Made by a program: the position numbers and the translations under genes. A stretch of 64,000 nucleotides of DNA from a virus. Shown here one piece after another: positions 35,983 through 44,559 of the stretch. Position 1 is the first letter of the stretch; every line of letters starts with the position of its first letter. Below the pieces are notes generated by a model, which was not told the origin of the DNA, searched no databases, and saw nothing but the letters and a program-made list of their open reading frames with translations. The DNA is taken from the IMG/VR virus record IMGVR_UViG_3300025759_000058. One strand, 5' to 3'.

Positions 35983-36925
35983 TTTTTATTCTTTAAATAT
36001 AACTAATTCCGGAAGTATACGGTTATTTAACACTCATGATGATTTTGTTAATAACACCGGATTTGTTACATCTGTGACGAATAAAGGGCTAGAATTTTCA
36101 AAATTTGCTGGACAATCCACAACACAGATTTTACAGTTAAGCAGTTCTAACAGAGAACCTAGAGTAGGTATAGGTTTTCAGTCCGGCGAAAAGTTTTCAT
36201 CGACATTTGATTTGTTGTCGACAACCGATTCGGCCGTAGGTACTGAAATTATTTTACGTAGTGCACGGACAGCAATAGGAGCGCAACCAGGCGACATCGC
36301 CGGTAAGATAAACTTCGCAATACAAAGTGCTAGCTATAAATCGACAGAACTTTCTGGTTCTGCTGCTTCTATCCGTTCTCGAGTAGATCAAATTGATGAC
36401 ACAGGCGTCATCGGAAGTTTAATCCTAGCGACGCCTGCTAGTAAGTATGCAGAACAAGATACGTTAACTTTAAGTTTCTTAGGATCGACGTTTAGTAGTT
36501 CATTGACAGTACTGAGTGATATCAATAGTACAGCAACCGTTACTACAAATTATTTAACAGCATCTCGTGGCGCATATATATCAGGAGCTTTATACTTAAA
36601 CGGACCGACATTTATAGCTGACCCGCCGCCAGGTAATCAAAGTTTCGGGATAGAGTTTCACCAAACGTTTAGCCCGGGCGGAGGCGGCATCTTGCAAGAT
36701 GTAACGGACGGCCGATGGACAGCGCGCCGCCTCGATGGAACGGGTCCTGCATATGATGGCGTCGACCCAGAGTTATTTAGTATAGCATTGACAGGCTCAT
36801 TTTATCACTCAGGTTCATATGTAGTTAATGGTAGTACTGTTAATATGCAAAATACAATATTTACGCTTGGCGGATTTGAAGATGTATCATCATCATTGGC
36901 TACTATCGATGCTGGCGTATTCTAA
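35954..36925 (+). CDS. Virion fibre-associated protein (true start may be the ATG near 35975)
   Basis: SGS-rich; RVGIG motif; ends IDAGVF. Confidence 0.5.
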   Translation: MYINWLTMPNFYSLNITNSGSIRLFNTHDDFVNNTGFVTSVTNKGLEFSKFAGQSTTQILQLSSSNREPRVGIGFQSGEKFSSTFDLLSTTDSAVGTEIILRSARTAIGAQPGDIAGKINFAIQSASYKSTELSGSAASIRSRVDQIDDTGVIGSLILATPASKYAEQDTLTLSFLGSTFSSSLTVLSDINSTATVTTNYLTASRGAYISGALYLNGPTFIADPPPGNQSFGIEFHQTFSPGGGGILQDVTDGRWTARRLDGTGPAYDGVDPELFSIALTGSFYHSGSYVVNGSTVNMQNTIFTLGGFEDVSSSLATIDAGVF

Positions 36926-36954
36926 CGACTTGATATTTATTATAAAGGAATAAT

Positions 36955-38130
36955 ATGGCAGTTAATGTACCAATTTGGCCTGGCTCATCATCATTCTTTC
37001 CCGGAGATACGCCATTCGGATTTTATGATCGTGATAGAGATTTTGCATGCGATGTAGAATCTGTAGCCGATTGGTGTGCAAAGCGTTTAGGATATCCTTT
37101 AGTAGACATAGAACTTCAAGATAAAAATTTCTTTGCTTGTTTCGAAGAAGCTGTTTCAGAATATGGCGCTCAATTAAATACATATAATATCCGTGATAAT
37201 ATGTTAAATTTATACGGATCTGCTACAGGCTCAAATTTGACAGGTAAAAAAGTTTCGCCGACATTAGGAGGATTAATTGAGCTAGCAGAAGAGTATGGTG
37301 TTGAAGCAGGCTCCGGAGGAAATGTAACATATTATACCGGCTCGATATCAATAGTTAATGGCCAGCAGGTATATGACTTAACTGATAGTAATACCGTATC
37401 ATTAGAGTCAGGAACGCCTGGTACAGATGCAATCGAAATCAAACGTTTATTTCACGACCCGCCACCGGCTCTTGCAAGATTTTTTGATCCATTTGTTGGT
37501 TCTGGAATCGGTACGCAACAAATGTTGGACTCTTTTGGGTTTGGTAATTATTCGCCTGGCGTGTCATTTTTAATGCAGCCGGTTTATGCAGACATGTTGC
37601 GTTTGCAAGCAATTGAATTAAATGATATTGTACGTAGGTCTGCATATTCATTCCAAATATCAAATGATAGAATCCGTATATTTCCTATACCAGTATCTGG
37701 ATCATCTGGATCAGCACCTACTACGATTTGGTTTGAGTACATTAAAAAAGCAGATAGAAGTAATCCATTAAAAGGAGCTACTGGTACTATATCCGATTTT
37801 TCAAATGTACCGTACAATAATGTTATATATAAAAATATTAATAGTGTCGGTCGTCAATGGGTACGTAGATATACATTGGCATTGGCAATGGAAATGTTAG
37901 GATTTATTAGAGGAAAGTATTCTGCATTACCAATTCCTAACTCAGAAATTACATTAAATGGATCCGACCTTTTATCGGCCGGACAAACCGCCAAAGAGGC
38001 GTTAATAACAGAACTTAAAGATATACTTGATTCAATGTCTAGGCAAGCACAATTGGAAAGAAAACAGGCTGAATCTGATTCGTTACAACAACAAATTAAC
38101 AAGGTACCACTTAAAATTTATATCGCATAA
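36955..38130 (+). CDS. Neck/head-tail adaptor protein (T4 gp13-like)
   Basis: RLGYPLVDIEL, WVRRYTLALA...G.IRGKY, TLNG motifs. Confidence 0.85.
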   Translation: MAVNVPIWPGSSSFFPGDTPFGFYDRDRDFACDVESVADWCAKRLGYPLVDIELQDKNFFACFEEAVSEYGAQLNTYNIRDNMLNLYGSATGSNLTGKKVSPTLGGLIELAEEYGVEAGSGGNVTYYTGSISIVNGQQVYDLTDSNTVSLESGTPGTDAIEIKRLFHDPPPALARFFDPFVGSGIGTQQMLDSFGFGNYSPGVSFLMQPVYADMLRLQAIELNDIVRRSAYSFQISNDRIRIFPIPVSGSSGSAPTTIWFEYIKKADRSNPLKGATGTISDFSNVPYNNVIYKNINSVGRQWVRRYTLALAMEMLGFIRGKYSALPIPNSEITLNGSDLLSAGQTAKEALITELKDILDSMSRQAQLERKQAESDSLQQQINKVPLKIYIA

Positions 38131-38666
38131 TGGCATTATATGGATCGGCGAGAGATGCAAGTTTAATTCGTTCTATTAACAAAGAACTTATTAATAAACA
38201 AGTTGATACTGAAATAGGATATTTCAAATTAAAACTTGATTCGTCTCGTACAAACATATACAATGAAGCTGATACTAAAGTATATTATGCACCGCAACGT
38301 ATAAGTTGTTTAGTTGCATTGGATGATAAAACAAGAATATCGGACGATTTTGGTATAGACCTAAACCGTACAGCACAGTTTGCTTTTCTGCGAGATACGT
38401 TAGTTGAAAGAAATTTAGTAGCGGAAGTGGGTGATATTATTCAATATGATAAAGATTACTTTGAAATTGATAATATACGAGATGGGCAATATTGGTCCGG
38501 CCGCAATCCATCAAAAGATATCGGATATACAGAAGGATTGCGCGGCGAGTTTGGTTATAGTGTATCTGTTATTTGCGAAGCACATATTACTAGACGTAGT
38601 TCATTAAATATAGAACAAGTACATACAGGCGTTAATCCTAACTTAAACATACCACGTAACATATGA
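38130..38666 (+). CDS. Neck protein (T4 gp14-like)
   Basis: IYNEA..K.Y, EVGDII....YFEI; position after gp13-like gene. Confidence 0.7.
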   Translation: MALYGSARDASLIRSINKELINKQVDTEIGYFKLKLDSSRTNIYNEADTKVYYAPQRISCLVALDDKTRISDDFGIDLNRTAQFAFLRDTLVERNLVAEVGDIIQYDKDYFEIDNIRDGQYWSGRNPSKDIGYTEGLRGEFGYSVSVICEAHITRRSSLNIEQVHTGVNPNLNIPRNI

Positions 38667-39472
38667 GTAAGCCAAGATTAAATAAAACAGAATCGTCATT
38701 TTCAAATGATCAAGAGTTTAATAGATCTGACCAAATTCGCCGTGATAATGATACGGTTAAGACACCTGCGGTAACGCTATATGACCACGACAATGCTATT
38801 ATAGATTTTATGCAATCCGTCATTCAACCTAAAGTTGTGCAGAACGGCTCAACTATTGACGTTCCGATTGTATATGCTAATGGCGAAAAGTGGGCACAAA
38901 TCCAATCCAAAGGATTTATGTATGATGTTGATTCAAAATTATTAGCGCCATTAATTTCTATACGCCGTACGGAAGTGTTAGAACGAGATACATTAAAAGG
39001 GTTAGCAGTCAACAGAAATCCATCGCGCCAAAATGGCCATTATGCAGAACGCAATAGTATCACATTAGAAAATAAATATTCTGCGAATAATGCATATGAT
39101 AGATTTTCTGTATTACGTAATTCTAGATTGCGTCGTGAATTATATGTAATACCTGTGCCTGAATTTGTTGATATTACATATGAAATGTTTATATGGACTG
39201 ATTATCAAGAACAAATGAATTCTATTATTGAATCGCTAATACCAGTGAGTGGCTTTGCATGGGGCACTTCATATAAATTTGTTACTATGATTTCTTCAAT
39301 GAGTTCTGAGACGATTAATGCAATTGGAGAAGATAGGTTAATTCGTACAACAGTATCGTTAACAACTAAGGGCGTGTTATTAGCAGAGTCAGAATTGCGC
39401 GCGACCAATTTACAAAAACAATATAGTGTTAAACGTATTTCTTTCGGCGATGAACGTGTTATCGGCGATTAA
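38663..39472 (+). CDS. Tail terminator/sheath stabiliser (T4 gp15-like)
   Basis: VPIVYANGEKW, PLISIRR, P..VDITYE..IWT....MNSIIE. Confidence 0.75.
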   Translation: MSKPRLNKTESSFSNDQEFNRSDQIRRDNDTVKTPAVTLYDHDNAIIDFMQSVIQPKVVQNGSTIDVPIVYANGEKWAQIQSKGFMYDVDSKLLAPLISIRRTEVLERDTLKGLAVNRNPSRQNGHYAERNSITLENKYSANNAYDRFSVLRNSRLRRELYVIPVPEFVDITYEMFIWTDYQEQMNSIIESLIPVSGFAWGTSYKFVTMISSMSSETINAIGEDRLIRTTVSLTTKGVLLAESELRATNLQKQYSVKRISFGDERVIGD

Positions 39473-39498
39473 CATATATTTATAACAAAGGAAAAGTT

Positions 39499-39771
39499 AT
39501 GGCAGACGCAATTAAGTTTACAAAAGAAGAAATGGATCGTATCCAAGACTTGAGATCTCAAGGTTCAAAATTAATGTTGGAATTAGGTCAGGCAGAAGCT
39601 GAGTTATTTTTAACTCATCGCCGCATTGAGCAAATCGAAGCTGCAAAAGAACAATTAACCAACAGATATATTACATTGCAGAATGCAGAGCAAGAGCTAG
39701 TTAAAGATTTAAATTCTAAATACGGCGCTGGTTCTGTAGATGTTGAAAGTGGCGAATTTATTCCTGCTTAA
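39499..39771 (+). CDS. Small coiled-coil protein
   Basis: Ends L..KYG.GSVD.ESGEF; late motif at 39476. Confidence 0.55.
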   Translation: MADAIKFTKEEMDRIQDLRSQGSKLMLELGQAEAELFLTHRRIEQIEAAKEQLTNRYITLQNAEQELVKDLNSKYGAGSVDVESGEFIPA

Positions 39772-39842
39772 TAATATTTAAACCGTTAGTTTGGCTTTGT
39801 GATCCTATATTTATATGAAACCATTAATATAGGAGTAACCAC

Positions 39843-41951
39843 ATGGCAGCTGAAAAAATCGTATCGCCAGGTGTATTTACTAGAGAAATTGACCAATCAC
39901 AGTTACCAGCCGCGGTTGCGGCGATTGGAGCTGCTGTAGTCGGTCCGACAGTAAAAGGCCCTGCCGGTATTCCAGTTACCGTATCATCTTATTCAGAATA
40001 TGTACAACGTTTTGGAAGTACATTTACATCAGGATCTGGTGGAGATGAGCAGCGGTATAAATATTTGACATCATATGTCGCAGAACAATATCTTAAGTAT
40101 GCGGATACATTAACCGTAGTACGTACATTGGACGGTGACTATTCGCATGCAACGACTGAGGTTGGTGCATCTAATGCAACAACTACTAGAGCAACAGGCT
40201 CGTTAACGATTGTAGGAACGTTTGGCCAATCGGTTGATGATGTTACAAAAATTACCGTTGCTGGTAATACATATCAATTCGTTGCACATGAATCAACGCC
40301 GCCTAGTGATGTAGTAGGAAATACATATTACTTTACAACCGGTTCAAGTACAGCGACGTTCTTGGATAACTTAGTAGCCGAAATTAACGCAGCTAACATT
40401 GGTGTTATTGCCAATGATGGGACAACGGCATTGCAATTGACTTCATCGGCATATGGATCGGAAGGCGATAACATTACAGTACAATCTGGTTCTGATGCAA
40501 CGAGCTATAGTACAGTATTGACGTTGGACGGAGGAGCAAATGCCGATACAGTAGTATTTAAATTGCATACATTAGCTGACGGAGCAGATCAAAATAGTGC
40601 TGGCGCAGAAGGTACTAATGGATTGTTAACAAACGGTACTGAAAACAACTTAAGATATGAAATTAGTAATCGTAACACAAACAAAGGTACCTTTACATTA
40701 AGTATTCGTCGTGGTAATGATACTAATCGTCGTAAAGTTGTATTAGAACAATATACTAACTTAACACTTGATCCGAATGAATCTAATTATATTGGACGTG
40801 TTATCGGCGATCAAGTATATACGTTGAGAGACGCTGGCGGCACTGATCCGTACTTACAATTGTCTGGTTCATTTGTTAACAAATCAAATTTGGTACGTGT
40901 TGAAGTATTAAAAAATACATATAACTACTTAGATGAAAATGGAAGCATTAGAGATGGTTCATTAACGAGCTTGATTCCTTCTAATCAATCTGGTTCATTC
41001 TCCGGCGGAAGCGACGGGACAGTAAATCATCCTAAACAGTTTAATGAAAATATTTCAGATACAAATGTACAAGGCTTGACATTTGGAGCATCAGGGAATG
41101 CAGGATATATTGATGCAATTCGTTTATTAAAGAACCAAGATGAATATGATATTAATTTATTAGCACTTCCAGGCCTAGTAGATAACAATGCTAATCATGC
41201 TGTAGTAATTACAGAGGCATTGAACATGTGTGAAGATAGAGGTGATTGTTTCTTGTTAATTGATCCTGCATCATATGGAACTGCTTTGTCGTCAGTAACA
41301 TCTGAAGCTGCTGATAGAGATAGTAACTATGCTGCAATGTATTGGCCATGGGTTAAGATTGCAGATCCAGACTTGAACAAGAATGTTTGGGTTCCTGCTT
41401 CTGTAGTAATCCCTGGTGTATATGCATTCAATGATAGAGTTGCCGCACCATGGTTTGCGCCAGCTGGTTTGAATAGAGGTGGTATTGATGTCGCGGTTCA
41501 AGCTGAGCGTAAATTAACTCAATCTAACAGAGATGATTTATATGATGCTAATGTTAATCCACTTGCTTCGTTCCCAAATACCGGAATTGTTGTATATGGC
41601 CAAAAGACATTGCAAAAGAAGTCATCTGCATTGGATCGTGTAAATGTACGTCGTTTGATGATTGCTGCTAAGAAGTATATTGCTTCTGCATCTAAGTTCT
41701 TGGTATTTGAACAAAATACTGCAGTAACTAGAAATAGATTCTTGAATATCGTGAATCCTTACTTTGAAGATGTCCAGCAACGTCAAGGTTTGTATGCATT
41801 TAAAGTTGTAATGGATGATTCAAATAACACGCCAGACGTTATTGATAGAAATCAAATGGTAGGACAGATCTTTCTGCAACCTACTAAGACGGCTGAATTT
41901 ATTGTTATTGACTTCAACATATTACCAACCGGTGCTGCCTTTCCAGACTAA
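39843..41951 (+). CDS. Tail sheath protein (T4 gp18-like)
   Basis: SPGVFTREID, YWPWV, WFAPAGLNRG, GQKTL, DRVNVRRL, FEQN, PTKTAEFI. Confidence 0.96.
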   Translation: MAAEKIVSPGVFTREIDQSQLPAAVAAIGAAVVGPTVKGPAGIPVTVSSYSEYVQRFGSTFTSGSGGDEQRYKYLTSYVAEQYLKYADTLTVVRTLDGDYSHATTEVGASNATTTRATGSLTIVGTFGQSVDDVTKITVAGNTYQFVAHESTPPSDVVGNTYYFTTGSSTATFLDNLVAEINAANIGVIANDGTTALQLTSSAYGSEGDNITVQSGSDATSYSTVLTLDGGANADTVVFKLHTLADGADQNSAGAEGTNGLLTNGTENNLRYEISNRNTNKGTFTLSIRRGNDTNRRKVVLEQYTNLTLDPNESNYIGRVIGDQVYTLRDAGGTDPYLQLSGSFVNKSNLVRVEVLKNTYNYLDENGSIRDGSLTSLIPSNQSGSFSGGSDGTVNHPKQFNENISDTNVQGLTFGASGNAGYIDAIRLLKNQDEYDINLLALPGLVDNNANHAVVITEALNMCEDRGDCFLLIDPASYGTALSSVTSEAADRDSNYAAMYWPWVKIADPDLNKNVWVPASVVIPGVYAFNDRVAAPWFAPAGLNRGGIDVAVQAERKLTQSNRDDLYDANVNPLASFPNTGIVVYGQKTLQKKSSALDRVNVRRLMIAAKKYIASASKFLVFEQNTAVTRNRFLNIVNPYFEDVQQRQGLYAFKVVMDDSNNTPDVIDRNQMVGQIFLQPTKTAEFIVIDFNILPTGAAFPD

Positions 41952-41994
41952 TAGCGACGGCATATTTATAATAAAGTAAAAAGGAGTAACTAAG

Positions 41995-42483
41995 ATGGCA
42001 GAATTACTTGATCCCACGGAAATCTTTTATACCGCATATGAACCAAAGATGGCAAATCGGTTTATCATGTACATTGAAGGTATTCCGGCATATTTGATTA
42101 AGGCTGCCTCTCGTCCTTCAATTGACCAAGGTGAGGTTATTTTAGACCACATCAACGTCGAAAGAAAGTTGAAAGGCAAGTCTAGATGGCAAGATGTAAC
42201 TGTAACTTTATATGACCCAGTTGTTCCTTCCGGCGCTCAAGCAGTAATGGAATGGATTAGATTACACCACGAGTCTGTAACAGGACGTGATGGATATAGC
42301 GACTTTTATAAAAAAGAAATCACAATGAACTCTTTAGGACCGGTAGGTGATAAAGTTGAAGAGTGGACTCTTAAAGGAGCGTTTATTTCATCTGCAACGT
42401 TTGGTGATATGGATTGGGCAACTGAGGACCCAGTTAATATTGAATTGACACTTAAGTATGATTATGCGATATTGCAATTCTAA
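41995..42483 (+). CDS. Tail tube protein (T4 gp19-like)
   Basis: EPKMANRF, W..VTVTLYD, EEWTLKGAF, LTLKYDYA; follows the sheath gene. Confidence 0.92.
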   Translation: MAELLDPTEIFYTAYEPKMANRFIMYIEGIPAYLIKAASRPSIDQGEVILDHINVERKLKGKSRWQDVTVTLYDPVVPSGAQAVMEWIRLHHESVTGRDGYSDFYKKEITMNSLGPVGDKVEEWTLKGAFISSATFGDMDWATEDPVNIELTLKYDYAILQF

Positions 42484-42512
42484 TTGTTAATTGATAATTG
42501 TCATTGAGAATT

Positions 42513-42544
42513 AAGGAATCCCGCTTCGGCGGGATTCTTTTTTT
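42513..42544 (+). terminator. Rho-independent terminator with UUCG loop
   Basis: AAGGAATCCCGC-TTCG-GCGGGATTCTTTTTTT. Confidence 0.92.
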
Positions 42545-42570
42545 ACATATTTATATAAAAGGTAAATGCA

Positions 42571-43161
42571 ATGGTTAAGATTGATGTACGGTCGATTATA
42601 ATTCTAGTATTAATAGCTATAATCGTTCTCATGCGTAAATGTAATAATGTAGAACCAATTACTGAAACGCGTGTAGAAACTAAAACGGTTATTGAATATG
42701 ATACTGTGCATATTGAACATACGGAGTATGTACCTAAGTATTATGAAACAATTGTTACGGTAACTGATACCGTACCAGCATCTGTAGATACATTATCTAT
42801 CTTAAAAGACTATTATACAAAAATATATTACCAAGATACGATTGCATTAGATACGTTAGGATATATTGTATTGAACGATACAATTACACAAAATAGAATC
42901 TATTCTAGAGCAATTGATCCTAGCATTCAAATACCTATTATAACAAATACTATCAAAGAAACCGTATACATTAATAACAGAGAAATATATGCTGGTCCGG
43001 TAGTAAACTTTAATTCTAATGGTGTTAATTTTGTTGGCGGTAGTTTGTTATTAAAAGATAAGCTAGGACATAATTTCTATTCATCAATAGGGTTTGATCG
43101 AGATTTTAATGTAACATACCAAGTAGGCGTAAATTGGAAGTTACAGAAAAACAAGGACTAA
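42571..43161 (+). CDS. Membrane-anchored exported protein (spanin-like), Bacteroidota-style
   Basis: N-terminal TM, six D-T-[VIL] sequons, C-terminal amphipathic beta-strands. Confidence 0.5.
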   Translation: MVKIDVRSIIILVLIAIIVLMRKCNNVEPITETRVETKTVIEYDTVHIEHTEYVPKYYETIVTVTDTVPASVDTLSILKDYYTKIYYQDTIALDTLGYIVLNDTITQNRIYSRAIDPSIQIPIITNTIKETVYINNREIYAGPVVNFNSNGVNFVGGSLLLKDKLGHNFYSSIGFDRDFNVTYQVGVNWKLQKNKD

Positions 43162-43215
43162 GTTCGTATAACTTAGCTTTTGCCATATTTATAATAAAGT
43201 TATTCAGGAGAAATA

Positions 43216-44076
43216 ATGCCAACAGTTAACGACGATTACCCAAAAAAATCCACTATGACAGACGAAGAAATGAAAGCAGCTGCAATTGCGCAGTTCGAAG
43301 CTAAACAAACGGCTGCTAGCGAAAAGGTACACGACTTTCCTACGGAGATAGTTGATCTACCATCGAAAGGTGTTCCATATCCAGCTGGCCACCCATTAAA
43401 GTCTGGCACAATTGAAATGAAATATATGACTGCTAAAGAAGAGGATATTCTTACAAATCAATCGTACATTAAATCGGGCGTGGTATTGGATAAGTTATTT
43501 AAATCTTTAATTGTTACTAATGTAGCATATGATGATTTATTATTGGGTGATAAAAATGCAATTATGTTAGCAACTCGTATATTAGGTTACGGTAAAATGT
43601 ATGAGACTAAGGTCAATACACCATCTGGTAATGAACAAACTGTAACAATTGATTTAACGGATCTTAAAGAAAAAGATGTTGATTTTGATTTGTTAAAAGA
43701 TGGCCAATTGGCATACGATTATGAATTGCCGGTTACTAAGCGTAAGATCAAAGTACGATTATTAGATCAGCGTATTCAAAACAAGATTGATGCCGAAATC
43801 AAAGGTTTGGCAAAACTTAAAAAAGATGCATCTGCCACCACTATGCTAAAACATATAATTGTAGAGCTAGATGGCAATACGGAGTCCGGAGTTATTCGTA
43901 AATTTGTTGATAATGAATTATTAGCGATTGAGTCCCGTGCAATTCGAAACTATTTAAAAAGTATCACACCGGATATTGAGCTACGTACAGAGGTGATTGA
44001 CGAGGAGACGTCGGAGCCCTTTCGCTGTGCAATTACCATCGGATTGGACTTTTTTTGGCCTGACCTCGAAGTATAA
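43216..44076 (+). CDS. Baseplate hub/tail assembly chaperone (T4 gp26-like)
   Basis: VDLPSKG..Y, KYMTAKEEDIL, GDKNAI..A.RILGYG, ends FFWP. Confidence 0.8.
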   Translation: MPTVNDDYPKKSTMTDEEMKAAAIAQFEAKQTAASEKVHDFPTEIVDLPSKGVPYPAGHPLKSGTIEMKYMTAKEEDILTNQSYIKSGVVLDKLFKSLIVTNVAYDDLLLGDKNAIMLATRILGYGKMYETKVNTPSGNEQTVTIDLTDLKEKDVDFDLLKDGQLAYDYELPVTKRKIKVRLLDQRIQNKIDAEIKGLAKLKKDASATTMLKHIIVELDGNTESGVIRKFVDNELLAIESRAIRNYLKSITPDIELRTEVIDEETSEPFRCAITIGLDFFWPDLEV

Positions 44077-44266
44077 AGTACAACTTCAAGAGCAAATATT
44101 TGACTTAGTTTATTACGGCAAAGGCTTTTCGTATACTGATGTACGTAATATGCCAGTTTATTTACGTATATTTTATATAAGAAAAATATCTAAACTATTT
44201 GATGATCGACGTAAGGCTGATGAAAAGGCGGCGAATGCAATGCGATCTAAAATGCGTAAAAAATAA
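44051..44266 (+). CDS. gp51-like C-terminal extension, probably reached by frameshift from the gp26-like gene
   Basis: FFGL..Y...LQEQIFDLVYYGKGFSYTDVRNMP..LR.FY; no ATG before the conserved part; T7 run at 44050-44056. Confidence 0.65.
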   Translation, partial: FFGLTSKYKVQLQEQIFDLVYYGKGFSYTDVRNMPVYLRIFYIRKISKLFDDRRKADEKAANAMRSKMRKK

Positions 44267-44302
44267 TATTCATTGATATTTATACAAAAGGTATACTATC
44301 AA

Positions 44303-44548
44303 ATGAATAAGCTAGAAAGACGTGCGTTAGAGCAAATTAACATGAATGAAGGCGTGTTAGCATCAATTGCAAAATTGTTCATGCGTCGAAAAATTAAAAG
44401 CCGTTATAAAAAGGCATATAAACTAGCTAAAGACGACCCGGAACTACAGTCTGCATTAATAGATTTAGAAAATCATCATGAACGTCTTAATGGCATAATG
44501 AAGTCGTTGTGTAGTAGAAATCCCGATCACCCTAGATGTCAGAAATAA
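44303..44548 (+). CDS. Small protein with putative cleavable leader (start probably 44303)
   Basis: ATG follows the late motif at 44276 and AAAGG; INMNE-G site. Confidence 0.5.
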   Translation: MNKLERRALEQINMNEGVLASIAKLFMRRKIKSRYKKAYKLAKDDPELQSALIDLENHHERLNGIMKSLCSRNPDHPRCQK

Positions 44549-44559
44549 TGAGGTCGTAA

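Noticed and set aside
43997-44050. TTG start at 43997 for the gp51-like ORF
   Set aside because: It lies deep inside the upstream gene and the translated N-terminus looks non-conserved; frameshift entry at the T7 run explains the ORF better.
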